Part shown: piece after piece, positions 38,558 to 51,629 of the stretch
How positions within the stretch are numbered: the stretch's first letter is position 1
Layout: each line of letters starts with the position of its first letter
Source of the DNA: Octopus vulgaris
Lineage: Eukaryota
Assembly (NCBI GenBank): GCA_951406725.2
Contig: OX597840.1
Coordinates: 35,650,001 to 35,714,000 of the forward strand
Length of the DNA: 64,000 nt
Reading direction: 5' to 3'
Notes under the pieces: generated by a model
What the model was told of the DNA's origin: nothing
The model's input: the letters and a program-made list of their open reading frames with translations, nothing else
Database searches by the model: none
Position numbers and translations under genes: made by a program

Positions 38558-39070
38558 AGAGTTCAAATTCTGCCGAGGTCAACTTTGCCTTTCATCCTTT
38601 CGGGGTCGATTAAGTAAGTACCAGTTAATCACTGGCTCGATGTAATCAACTTAATCCCCTTGTCTGTCCTTGTTTGTCCCCTCTGTGTTTAGCCCCTTGG
38701 GTCCAATGAATAAATATTGGAAATGAGTTCATATTCTGCTGAGGTCGACTTTGCCTTTTATCCTTTCGGGGTCGATTAAATAAGTACCAGTTACGCACTG
38801 GGGTCGATGTAATCAACTTAATCCATTTGTCTCTCCTTGTTTCTCCTCTGTGTTTAGCCCCTTGTGGGTAGTGAAGAAATAGGTATTTCGTCTGCCACTA
38901 CGTTCTGAGTTCAAATTCCGCCGAGGTCGACTTTGCCTTTCATCCTTTCGGGGTTGATTAAATAAGTGCCAGTTAATCACTGGGGTCGATGTAATGAACT
39001 TAATCCCCTTGTCTGTCCTTGTTTGTCCCCTCTGTTTAACCCCCTGGGAGCAATAAATAAATATTGGAAA
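38558..39070 (+). mobile_element. SINE family B trimer with 11-bp TSD
   Basis: Three bodies. aatattggaaa occurs at 38547-38557, again internally near 38714, and at 39060-39070. Confidence 0.85.
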
Positions 39071-40079
39071 TGAATGACATAGCTTGTACGACGTTGAAGA
39101 GTAGGAAGTGACAACACTTGAACTCAAGTGTATACACTTAGAACCAAGTGTAAACACAATGATGGGATGATGGCCTCATTTTGTCAGATGAATAGCCGTC
39201 TCATGTTAGTGTGATGTCCGTAGGTCATCGGATTTAGGTGACAAAAACTTTTAATCCCTCTCTTGGTCACAATAGAATGTTCTACTGTCAACCATTGCAA
39301 GATGACTGCTATTACATTGACCGATAGTTTTGTGTCGGAGTATCTTTCTTCTAGAACTACTTTCACAGGATTTTCCAACATAAATGGACCCCCTTGGAAA
39401 TCTTTTACCCAGCAGCACAGGCATGGATGTGATCAGAAGCTTGCTTTTCAAACCACATGGTTCCAGGTTCAGTCCCACTGCGTGCCACCTTGGGCAAGTG
39501 TCTTCTGCTATAGCCTCGGGCCGACCAAAGCCTTGAGTAGATTTGGTAGATGGAAATTAAAGGGTGGGTGTGTGTGTGTGTGTGCGTAATGTCGGTCTGT
39601 CCCCCACCATCACTTGACAACGGGTGTTGGTGTGTTTACATCCTTGTAACTTAGCGGTTCAGCAAAAGGGTCTGATAGAATAAGTACTAGGCTTTAAAAA
39701 GAAAATATTCTGGGGTCAATTTGTTTGACATGGCCACAATCGACTGGAACGATTAAAAGATAGATGGGACCCTGATAGGTACCACCATTCCAGGTCAGAA
39801 CAGATCTGGGATTAATGGTAATTAAGGGGTGACTTAATACTCCGCCTCAACTCCAGAACCCACCTCTGGATAACTGAGGGTTGGCAACAGGAAGGGCATC
39901 CAGCTGTAGAAAATCTCCCCCAGCAAATTCTGTCTGACTTGTGCGAGCATGGATTAATTGATGTTGAAACAATGTTTTCACTGCCCTATCAAATGTACCC
40001 TGGGTATTTGCCGTCTTTTATTTGCCTGTTCTGTATTTTCTTTTCTATTTAAAGTAGTTTATATCAGGTGAACCAAACC

Positions 40080-40292
40080 CATTTCTTTACTACCCACAAG
40101 GGGCTAAACACAGAGAGGACAAACAAGGACAGACAAAGGGATTAAGTCGATTATATTGAACTTAGTGCGTAACTGGTACTTTATTTATCGACCCCGAAAG
40201 GATGAAAGGCAAAGTCGACCTCGGCGGAATTTGAACTCAGAAATACGGCTACGCATTTCGCCCGACGTGCTAACGTTTCTGCCCGCTCGCCA
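40080..40292 (-). mobile_element. SINE family B monomer
   Basis: Reverse complement of the head plus one body. Confidence 0.85.
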
Positions 40293-40529
40293 TCAACTGT
40301 TATTTTTTGTTGGGCTTAGTTGTAAGCCCAACATATTTCAGTGCATGTTTTTGGATCATTCTGAAAAGACCTTTCTTCAGATCCTTTCGGTTTTCAATTA
40401 TCATATTCTAGTTATCTTCTGTTACCGTTATTATTTGTTGAGGTAGACCGTTCCTAAGACTAGCCCTTACCTATTTCCAAGCAAGCTAATATTTCCCCAC
40501 AACCAGACATGATTTCATAGAATATTGGA

Positions 40530-40885
40530 AAAGAGTTCAAATTCTGCCGAGGTCGACTTTGCCTTTCATCCTTTCAGGGTCGATTAAATAAGTACCAGTT
40601 AATCACTGGGGTCGATATAATCAACTTAATCCCCTTGTCTGTCCTCGTTTGTCCCCTCTGTGTTTAGCCCCTTGTGGGTAGTAAAGAAATAGGTATTTCG
40701 TCTGCCGCTACATTCTGAGTTCAAATTCCGCCGAGGTCGACTTTGCCTTTCATCCTTTCGGGGGTCGATTAAATAAGTACCAGTTACGCACTGGGGTCAA
40801 TATAATCAACTTAATCCCCTTGTCTGTCCTCGTTTGTCCCCTCTGTGTTTAGCCCCTTGTGGGTAGTAAATAAATATTGGAAATG
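40530..40885 (+). mobile_element. SINE family B dimer (within a local duplication of 38462-39080)
   Basis: Two bodies with the same flanks as the 38558-39070 array. Confidence 0.85.
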
Positions 40886-41198
40886 AATGACATGGTAGTG
40901 AGCTCAGCAGAATTAACATATTCGGCAAAATGCTTAGTGGCAATCGTCCAATTTTATGTTCTGAGTTCAAATTCTGCTGAGGTCGACATTGCCATTCATC
41001 CTTTTGGCGGGGGTTGATAAACTAAAGTACCAGTTGAACACTGGGGTTTTTTATAATCAATTTAACCCTGAAACTGCTCACCTAATGCCAAAATTTGAAA
41101 CCATTATTACTATTATTATTACTATTTTTTCCTTTCTTCAAATTTTCTTCCATTTCTTGTCCAGTGTTTTCCGTACACCTAGGGCAAAGAAGATCTAG

Positions 41199-41235
<37 letters not shown>

Positions 41236-41243
41236 CATTATTT

Positions 41244-42050
41244 TTGACATAGCTGCAGACCTGGATTAAACGTAGACCGAGAAAGGGCGCTTGGCACTTC
41301 GAGTGCCGTCAAGCTCTCTCCGCCCTCCGCCAAGCGGGCAATGCGATAGGTTTCAGCTCCACTCTAGCGTTCTATAGAGGGTTAGTGGAGGGAAAATGCG
41401 ACGACGTTCTCGGGGAAGCTCTAGGCGTTGATGAATGAACTGAGCGGTCTGTTCGGAAGGACTTTTGGGCCGGGGCCAATGGATAATTTCCAGAGGTCGC
41501 TGCCTTTAACAAGGAGGGCAAGGCCGTTTTCCTGTGCCTAGTGGCTGTGGCGAAAGAGGTTGTATGGTGGAACCCGTTTGAAAGGGCTAAAGTCAGACAC
41601 TTTCCTCTTTGGTCAAGGCCTCATCAACTTTTTCAAGTTTCACTTGAAAAGGAAGATGAGGTTAGAGAGGAGAGTGTTGTCCGATAGCAAGTTTTCTGAA
41701 AGGTGGGTGAATTGTGCAAGAATGGCCAGTATAAATGGACCAATTCTCAGGTTTCGCCTGTAATTGAAAAAGGTATTATAAAAGGAGAAAGGGGCTCTCT
41801 ACCCCACCTTCCTTTTGACCAGGCTCCCGTTGGCTTTTATGGGTTTTTCCACGTGAGACCTTTTCTTTTTTCGCAACGTCTCCCCCTATTGGGAGTTTTC
41901 GTTGTTAAAATTTTTCGTTGTTAAACTGCCTTTTTACTCAATTTTTTTTTCAAAAACGGACAAAACCCTTTGTAACCTTTCATCCTGTTTTGTCCCTTTA
42001 TGTTTTCTAATCATGTGTGTCAGCCCTTGTGGCCAATAAAAGGAATTAAT
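41244..42050 (+). mobile_element. L1/Tx1-clade LINE 3' end, degenerate and internally deleted, inserted in (TAT)n
   Basis: Frameshifted translation ...FYRGLVEG...GPGPMDNFQRSL // KAVFLCLVAVAKEVVWW-RLKGLK...INFFKFHLKRKMRLERRVLSDSKFSERW resembles the Tx1/L1 ORF2 C-terminus, with the zinc-knuckle segment absent. It stops at 41763 and is followed by a T-rich 3' UTR with AATAAA. Confidence 0.7.
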
Positions 42051-42369
42051 TATTATTATTAATTCCACTGTTGCAATATTTTGCCCAAGGTGGAACGGGG
42101 TCATTTGAGAGCTCAGCAACTTGGAACACGACAAGAATGGATTTGCGTGTGATTTGAACTTAGACCTTTCTTGCCAATTTGCCAGGTAAGCTCTCTAGCA
42201 CCTTGTCATAAAATCAAAGATGATGCACTGGAGTTAATTAGTCAGACAAAGCAAGTGGATTACCTGTTTAATCGCACAGGTGCAGTTTATTAGTAAGTGA
42301 TGGAAACGGTGATTCAGACAACGAGATGAGGATAATCCTATTTCGATCCTGTCTGTTAAGTTGTCTACA

Positions 42370-42398
42370 ACTGTGTGTGTGTGTGTATATGTGTGTGT

Positions 42399-42445
<47 letters not shown>

Positions 42446-42535
42446 TATACATACACATATATGTATGCATACGTGTGTATATATATGCATATAGATCTGT
42501 GTATGTGTGTTTATATATATTATATATATGCATGC

Positions 42536-42566
<31 letters not shown>

Positions 42567-42960
42567 GATCTGTGTATGTGTTTATATATATATATTATAT
42601 GTGTGTATATATACATATAGATCTGTGTATATGTGTTTATAATTATATATGCATACACATATATATATATATACATAGATCTGTGTATATGTGTGCAATT
42701 ATATATATATATATATACACACACACATCTGTATGTATATGTGCACATGTACATACATCTGTCTACATATACATACGTGTGTGTATATATATATATATGC
42801 ACACATATACATGTGCACATGCAAGTATATATATACACACATACATTTGCATAAACATCAGCTTCCTCTTACGTCTGCTTTCCATGTTGACTCACACACT
42901 TATACACACACACACACACACACACTTATATACACACACCCATCCATATATGTATACACA
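42370..42960. repeat. (TA)/(CA)/(TG) compound microsatellite (similar tracts at 43555-43975 and 46960-47630)
   Basis: Seen directly. Confidence 0.9.
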
Positions 42961-44719
42961 CATCTTGTGGTGTAAGTGGGATCTTCATTGAGATTTAATG
43001 ACGAATAATGTATTTGTTGATCTGAATACTATTTAGTCTAAGTGGCTGAATATCTCACAGACTTTGCACTCTTAAGCTAATCCTTAACTCAAACCAACAA
43101 AACAAACTCGACTATTTCAATTATAAAGCCACTTCATTCAGCAGGATTCCATACAGTTTCTATCTGTTTAGTTTAGCTTAGAAAGGCTTGAAGCAGATGA
43201 AGGCCTTGGGAGAAGAGATTTTTCTGTGAACCCTGGATTTTGCGATTGTGAAGCAAACCACTAGCCCATGCTTGTGCCTCCCCACTCATATTTATATACA
43301 TATATCTATATATATTTATGGCACGTAAAAAGCACCATCCGACCGTAGCCGTTTGCCAGCCTCGTCTAGCCCCTGTGCCGGTGGCACATAAAATGCACCC
43401 ACTACACCCATGGAGTGGTTGGCGTTAGGAAGGGCATCCAGTCATAGAAACACTGCCAGATCAGACTGGGCCTGGTGCAGCCTTCTGGCTTCCCAGACCC
43501 CAGTTGCACCGTCCAACCCATGCCAGCATGGAAAGCGGACGCTAAACGACGATGATATATACACATATATATTTATATACATATATACATATATATTTAT
43601 ATATATTTATATATATTTATATACATATATATTTATATACATATATATTTATATACATATATATTTATATACATATATATTCATATACATATATATTCAT
43701 ATACATATATATTTATATATATTTATATATATATATTTATATATATATATTTATATACATATATATTTATATACATATATATTTATATACATATTCATAT
43801 GCATATATATTTATATACATATTCATATGCATATATATTCATATACATATATATTCATATACATATATATTCATATACATATATATTTATATACATATAT
43901 ATACATATATTCATATATATTCATTTACATACATATACATATATTCATATACATATATATATATATATATACATGCACGCACGCACGCAAATAAAAGTTG
44001 TCATTTTAGCTGCTTTATCTAGATTTAAGATTTAATTAATCCACAAAAAAGAAGTGGGAGTTAGTAAAAAAAAAACAAGGTTTGGAGAGGGGGATGGGTG
44101 GGGGATTAAAGACCTTACTATTAATCCTTTCTACTCTACAATACCTGTGAGTGTATGTCTGTGCGTCTTGGCTACCTGTATTAGTCATCTTAAGACTCGT
44201 TTAGTAATATACCTACAGGTGATGGGGTGGGAGGGGTGTTGCAGGAGGAGGAGCTGAAGTGTGAGGATATGTTAATGAGGAGAAAAATTAATATTGGCTG
44301 TAACGAGTAGATTGCTTGGGAAGGTAGATAAATAGGGGAAATAAGGGATTGTCTGGGGTTAGTTTAATAAGATGAAAAAATATATATCTTCAAAGGGATT
44401 TATATTTTGCTTTTTTTTTGTTTTTGTTCTTTTGATAAATTTTTATCAATTAACAGGTATAATAATTATTAATAATTTGATGACTACTTTTTCAAGCTTG
44501 TGTGGGTCAGACGGAATTTGTTGGAAGTTGATTTTCTTATGGAAGGGTGCCCTTCGTGTAACCCTAACCCTCACCTGTTTCTGAGAAAGAGGATATTTCA
44601 TGTCCAGACATGTTTTTCATGTGAGACAAGAAATGAACATCATTTGTATGATTATTGATGCTCATTTACAAACCTCAATATCACAAGGGTGTGTGTGTGT
44701 ATGTATATATATATACCCT

Positions 44720-45190
44720 TGGGTGGCGAGCTGGCAGAAATGTTAGCGTGCTGGGCGAAATGCTTAGCAGTATTTCGTCTGCTGCTACATTCTGAGTTCA
44801 AATTCCGCCGAGGTCAACTTTACCCTTCATTCTTTCAGGGTTGATTAAATAAGTACCAGTTATGCACTGGGATTGATATTATTGACTTAATTCCTTTGTC
44901 TGTCCTTGTTTGTCCTCTCTGTGTTTAGCCCCTTGTGGGCAATAAAGAAATAGGTACCTTTCATAAGGCGGCGAGCTGGCAGAAACGTTAGCACGCCGGG
45001 TGAAATGCTTAGCAGTATTTCATCTGCCATTCTGATTTCAAATTCCGCCGAGGTCGACTTTGCCTTTCATCCTTTCAGGGTCGATAAAGTACCAGTTTCG
45101 CATGGGGGGGTTGATGTAATTGACTTAATCCCTTTGTCTGTCCTTGTTTGTCCCCTCTGTTTAACCCCTTGTGGGCAATAAAGAATTAAA
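44720..45190 (+). mobile_element. Two adjacent full-length SINE family B monomers
   Basis: Each has the head gg(c/t)ggcgagctggcagaaa(c/t)gttagc plus a body ending gggcaataaagaa. Confidence 0.9.
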
Positions 45191-45674
45191 TATATATACA
45201 CACGTGTATGCATTTGCATATATGCGTGTGTGTGTGTGATGGATTTGTTTCAGTTTTGTTGACCTGGGATTTTAATAGAAGAGACACTTGCCGAAGGTGC
45301 TGCACAGTAGGACTGAACTCAGGACCACATGGTTGGGAGGCCAGCTTGTTAATTAGTCCCACTGCTGTGCTGCTTCCTTATTTCCTCTCACCTTAAACTC
45401 CTGCCAGTTTTCTTTTAAACGATGTGAGGTTGGTAAGGTCTCTGGAAGTGAGCAGGTAACAACAGCCAGCCTTAGGGGCCCTCTCTTCCTCCCTTACTGT
45501 ATTTCACCAATTTCTCTCGACAACTTTCTCACCGTTTCTTAAATACATGAGACTTTCTCTAAGTGGAGTCTGAGAAATAGTTCTCTCATAAAATTTAATA
45601 GAAATACAGTTTATGTAAAATGATATTCACCATTTCCAGCATAAATTATATATATATATATATATAAATAATGT

Positions 45675-45982
45675 AGAGAGGCAATGGCCCACTGGTTAGG
45701 GCAATGGACTCGCAGTCGGAGGATCGTGGCTTTGACTCCCAGACTGGGTGTTGTGTGTGTTTATTGAGCGAAAATACCTAAAAACTCCACAAGGCTCTGG
45801 CAGGGGGTGGTGGGGTGGCGCCCCCTGTTGTACTCTTTTGCTACAACTTTCTCTCACTCTGTCTTCCTGTTTCTTGAGTAACTCTGCGATGGACTGGCAT
45901 CCCGTCCAGCTGGGGGAACACATACGCCACAGAAACTGGGAAACCGGGCCCATGAGCCTGGCTAGGCTTGAAACGGGCCATG
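45675..45982 (+). mobile_element. OR-like SINE, tail type 2
   Basis: Aligns end to end with 33930-34245. Confidence 0.85.
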
Positions 45983-46021
45983 AAATTGGTCGAAATATTT
46001 TAGATTATATGGATAGCTATA

Positions 46022-46470
46022 GGGGCAGGCGTGGCTGTGTGGTAAAAAGCTTGCATCCCAGCTACATGGTTTTGGGATCAGTCCTGCCATGTGGCTCTCT
46101 GGACAAGTGTTTGCTATAACCTTGGGCCAACCAAAGCCTTGTAGATTGGTAGACAAAAACTGAAAGCCTATCGCGCATGCGCGCATATGTGTGTGTGTGT
46201 ATGTATATGTGTGTATATGTGTACGTTTTTGCATGTCTGTATATCCTTGGCTTGACATCTTGTGATGGTTGTAAACAAGTGTCTCTGTCATACAAGCAGT
46301 GTCGTTCCTTTCCGATAGTCTGTGATAGCGTGGTTGGCTATGGGGGAAATATTACCTTGCTTGGAAACAGGTGAGGGTTGGTGACAGGGAAGGCATCCAG
46401 CCATAGAAAATCTGCCTCAATGAATACCTCTGATCCATGCAAGCATGGAAAAGTGAATGTTAAAAACAAA
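46022..46470 (+). mobile_element. Family A head with an alternative, RTE-like 3' tail
   Basis: Head as in family A. After the microsatellite the tail ends ggttggtgacagggaaggcatccagccatagaaa...ccatgcaagcatggaaaagtg, like the RTE 3' UTR. Confidence 0.7.
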
Positions 46471-46851
46471 ACGATTCTAAATTTTCCCAGTTCTTCTCAA
46501 GTTAGAAAATTTGGTTCTGTGTTCAATTCCACTGCGTGGCACTTTGTGACAAAATTCTATCGTACCGTCTAACAAAAAGGATAGAATTTGGCTGATGGGA
46601 AATGTGCTGAGCCTAATGGTTTCTAAAACAACTAATTCCTGAATAACAGCTGAATGTAGAAGGAACTTGTTAGGGACCCTGTGTCACAAGAAAATGTGCC
46701 CCCAGTATGCGTGGGGTAGCGGCAGGAAATGTATCAGATTGCAGAAAAGTGGATGTTAAAAACGATGGTGAATAATAAAAGAATGGTTGTATCTTTCATT
46801 GTATATCCATGAAAGATTTTAAATATTGATGTAAAATCTGTGTTCTTCCAG

Positions 46852-46901
46852 ATGCCCACCACCCCTCTCTGTTCCTAGTCACTTCCACTATCAGGAATGC
46901 G
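46852..46901 (+). other. Candidate 50-nt internal exon
   Basis: tctgtgttcttccag|ATGCCC...AATGCG|gtgagc, with good acceptor and donor sites in unique sequence. The ATG frame stops after 8 codons; the other two frames are open. Confidence 0.45.
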
Positions 46902-47183
46902 GTGAGCGTGCAGCTAGTCTGTTGCTAACTTGTAACCAAGACACTATTGTTCATAAAAAATGCTATATATATATATGTATATACACACACATATATACAT
47001 ATGTATATACACACACATAATATATATGTATATACACACACATAATATATATGTATATACACACGCATAATATATATGTATATACACACGCATAATATAT
47101 ATGTATATACACACGCATAATATATATGTATATACACACACATAAATATATATATATATGTATATACACACACATAATATATG

Positions 47184-47268
<85 letters not shown>

Positions 47269-47326
47269 GTATGTATATACACACACACATATATATATAT
47301 ATATATACATACACACACATACATAT

Positions 47327-47364
<38 letters not shown>

Positions 47365-47436
47365 ACACACACATACATACACACACACACATATATATAT
47401 ATATATACATACATACACACACACACACACATACAT

Positions 47437-47467
<31 letters not shown>

Positions 47468-47540
47468 CATACACACACATACATACACACATATATATAT
47501 ATATATATATATACATACACACACACACACACACATACAT

Positions 47541-47573
<33 letters not shown>

Positions 47574-48067
47574 CATACACACACACACACATATATACAT
47601 ACATAGACACACATGCATGTATATATGTTGTGGTGCATAAATTAAAATAAAAAGCTTGTATTATAATAAAATGCTTGCGGCCTTTGAATCTACCATAATT
47701 TCTAATGTAAGACCCTTTTGTTTCAAGTTCCAAACACAAGCTTCCTCTCTCTCTCTTTCTCTCTCTCTCTATAATTTCTTCATTATTTGAAACAATGGCC
47801 CTGTGTGTGTGTGTCTGTTTTACGAGGAACCTGGACCACAAAAGGAATTAATGTTAAAATTTCAAGCAACACTGATTTCGGCTGCACAAAACGAAAATAC
47901 AAAACGAAAGGGAAAAAAAAAAAGGCAAAATTTGACCAGACCCGACCCCGACACACAAAAGAAACTTGTTTCCAGTTTTTTTAATTTAATATTTTTGACC
48001 TGCCTGCGAGAGAAATATGGTAGCTAAATGTCACTCTGGGGTGAAATGGTGTGTGGACTGGAATTAG

Positions 48068-48109
48068 TCTCTCTCTCCTTACTCTCTCTCCTTTCTCTCT
48101 CTCTCTCCT

Positions 48110-48154
<45 letters not shown>

Positions 48155-48367
48155 TACTCTCTCTCTCTCTCTCTCTCCTTACTCTCTCTCTCTCTCTCTC
48201 TACTCTCTCTCTCTCTCTCTCTTTCTTTCTCTCTCTCTCTCTCTCTCTCTCCTTACTCTCTCTCTCTCTCTCTCTCCTTACTCTCTCTCTCTCTCTCTCT
48301 CCTTACTCTCTCTCTCTCTCTCTCTCTCTCCTTACTCTCTCTCTCTCTCTCTCTCTCCTTACTCTCC
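48068..48367. repeat. (CT)n tract with periodic CCTTA interruptions
   Basis: Seen directly. Confidence 0.9.
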
Positions 48368-48619
48368 TCGGGTTTCGCTGTTAGGTCATCATGTTCTTTG
48401 ACAATGGAAACAGAACAGCCATGGTTACAAATATTGAGTGAACAGTTTATTGATTAGCTTTACACAGCAGCCATTCCAGCTCTCTGCTTGAGCTGTTAAT
48501 GGCGTCTCTTGCGGTATTATTGCTCGACCTGGTAGTCAGAAATAGCAGCCAGGCGTTCCTCAAATCTTACCCTATTCGCTTATAATAGGTAACACATAAC
48601 CACCAAGCTAAATATATAC

Positions 48620-48983
48620 TCTTTCACTCTTTTTTACTTGTTTCAGTCATTTGACTGCGGCCATGCTGGAGCACTGCCTTTAATCGAGCAACTCGACACC
48701 GGGACTTATTCTATTGGTCTCTTTTGCCGAACCGCTAAGTTACGGGGACATAAACACACCAGCATCGGTTGTCAAGCAATGCTAGGGGGGACAAACACAC
48801 ACACACACGCATATACATATATACGACAGGCTTCTTTCAGTTTCCGTCTACCAAATCCACTCACAAGGCTTTGGTTGACCCGAGGCTATAGTAGAAGACA
48901 CTTGCCCAAGGTGCCACGCAGTGGGAATGAACCCGGAACCATGTGGTTGGTAAACAAGCTACTTACCACACAGCCACTCCTGT
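48620..48983 (-). mobile_element. SINE family A, full length
   Basis: Reverse complement aligns to 14871-15270. Confidence 0.9.
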
Positions 48984-49215
48984 AACTCTTTAGTATTTAA
49001 GCCAGTCATATCTTGCCTAAATATTTGGTTTCGTGTCTAAACTGGCCAGATCTGACCTCTTACACCTTCCCTGCTATGTCATTGTAGAAATCATATACAA
49101 TCATGTCATTGGAATCTTGAAATACCAAGATAATTCAAGGGGTTAATTAAAAAAAAATTTGTTAATTAATGAACATTACATTTGATAAACTAAATCTGAT
49201 TGCTAAAGGGTTTTA
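48984..49215. mobile_element. Diverged TTAA-type MITE (related pieces at ~49920-50085, 52750-53895, 55652-55800)
   Basis: Ends taactctttag...gctaaagggg, with shared internal motifs aaactggccagatc, acctaccctacaatg, agataatgcat and ttacatttga. Confidence 0.55.
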
Positions 49216-50339
49216 AGTTGGGATTGTCACTTCTGGGTTGTCTTTAGTCATAGGTTAGTTTGATCAGAGCTGAGCTGGTGCTAAAAAACAAAAAAACAAA
49301 GCTCTTCTGAGCTGGTTTAACCCTAGGTTGGTTATGCTTGATCCTTTAGGCTTATGATCAGATGTTGTCCCAACGCTGACCTTCCCACTAACTTTTAAAT
49401 TTTCAACTGTATTGTAAAAGCACCCAGGTACACTCTGGAGTGGTTGGCATTAGGAAGGGCATCCAGCAATAGAAAACATGCCAAATCAGGCTGGAGTCTG
49501 ACGGGCCTCCCCACGCCCCAGCTAACCAGCTCTGGTCACTTCATCCACTCCATACCAATACCAGCGTGGACAACTGATGTTAAATGATGATGTATCTCAA
49601 ACTACACTCAGTCAACAAGTTTGCTTCACAATCACCAGGTCTCAGGTTCAATCCTGCCTTGTGACATACTGGTCTTTTTCTATAATCTCAAGTGGACAAG
49701 TCTTGTGAGTGAAATTTTGCTTTAAAAAAAAACCCTTTCCTCTTCCCGGAACATAGGCCATCCATGACTTCTCCATTGTTTTCGACTTGGGGTTTTCTGC
49801 TTCTCCCCAAGCTCCCTGCTTTTCTTTGCTACTTCCATGTGTCCCCTGAGAGATGGCCTTGTTTTGAATTGTCGTCACTGTTTCTCCAGGTAGTGCCGTT
49901 GGCCCCAGGCAAACCCCTTTTAACCCTTCAGCATTCATATTTATCAAATGTAATCCACATTTTAAAAAGTTGATCATATATCTTGTAGCTTCAAGGTTTT
50001 GAAGATGTGATTTAGTTTTAGACTGACATTGTAGGGTAGGTGTGACAGGCTGGATCTGGCCAGTTTCAACATAAGACAGGTACATTAACTTTCACTACCT
50101 GCTTTCTCTTTTCCCCATTTCATAATGCAATTTCGGTGTTTTCCTGGTGGTCATAAGTGGAGTGTCAACCTTGTAGCTTCCTTTTGGATTTTGCTGCACC
50201 ATTCAAAACCAGTTCTTTTTGGTTTTGAACCAAAAACCTTTCTATATATTCCCAAGACAGGGAGAGAACCTCCCCCCCATACATATTTTTCTCAAAATTG
50301 GTTCCGGGATACTACGAGTCCTATGAAGAAATTCTAGGG

Positions 50340-50716
50340 CAGAACAAGGACAGACAAAGGGATTAAGTCGGTTATATAGACCCCAGTGCGTAACTGGTAC
50401 TTAATTTATCGATCCAGAAAAGATGAAAGGCAAAGTCGACCTCGACGGAATTTGAACTCATAACGTAACGGCAGACGAAATACCTATTTCTTTATTATCC
50501 ACAAGGGACTAAACATAGAGGAGACAAACATGGACAAACATAGGTATTAAGTCGATTATATCGACTCCAGTGCGTAACTGGTACTTAATTTATCGATCCA
50601 GAAAGGATGAAAGGCAAAGTCGACCTCGACGGAATTTGAACTCAGAACGTAGCGGCAGACGAAATGCCGCTAAGCATTTCGCCCGGCGTGCTAACGTTTC
50701 TGCCAGCTCGCCGCCC
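50340..50716 (-). mobile_element. SINE family B dimer with head
   Basis: Head at about 50665-50716 plus two bodies. Confidence 0.9.
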
Positions 50717-51629
50717 CTATTGGTGCCACACTGTAGGACCGAACCTGAAGCCACATGGTCCACAGTTGCAAATTGAGCTTCTTAACCATGTCCCCAACTG
50801 TATAAACGAAAACTATCTAAATTTTATTAAGCTTGGCAATTCGTCGTGCCGTCTTTTCAATGGTCACAGGTTCCTCCATCTCTGAGAGAATCTCTGATTT
50901 GGCCGGCCTTGATTTTAGACGGTGTCTGCAATGGTGAGGATTAGTAACCTCAGCACCCTCTGTCCCCGCAGTACTTGAGCACAAAATATTTCTAATGTGG
51001 GAGTGGAAGCCATTGTCTCAATGGTTAGCTCAATTGTCTAATTACACTTGTGTGCGCGTACGTGTCTGTGTGTCTCTGTATCTGTGTATTTATATATACT
51101 TAAACCCAGAACCACACACACCCCCAGTCACTGTTACAGAATGAACTAAACCTAATTCTGTCCTGGTACAGTTATTTAGTGGAAAAGAGAGGTTAAGGGT
51201 GTGAAGGAATGTCTTACATGACATAACTCACTGTCTGCGTTTTCTTCTTCTTCCTCCTCAAAGCAGACTTCTAATCTCTCTCTCTCTCTCTCTACCTCTC
51301 TCTCTGTCTGTGTCTCTCTCTGCCTCTCGAGACAAGGGGAGACTATATGACGGCTGTTCATAACTATGTACATCTTTCTTTCTATTTTACTCTTTCTCTC
51401 CGTATTTTTGTCTTTTTTTCTTTACTTTGTTATTGCTCTCTCTCTCTCTCTGTCTTTCTCACTTTTTATTTCTCATCAATTTTTGTCTTTCTCCCTCTTT
51501 CTGATTCTCTGCCTCTCTCACTCTCTCCCCCTGGCTAGTTGCCATTCCCTCTCGCTTCTCTGGTTATCACTCTCTCTCTCTGGCTGGTTGTCTGTCTCTC
51601 TTCTTCTGTAGGTGGTTGTCATTCGTCTC

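Noticed and set aside
42234-48401. YI/HT/CV/LS-rich ORFs
   Set aside because: Dinucleotide microsatellite artefacts.
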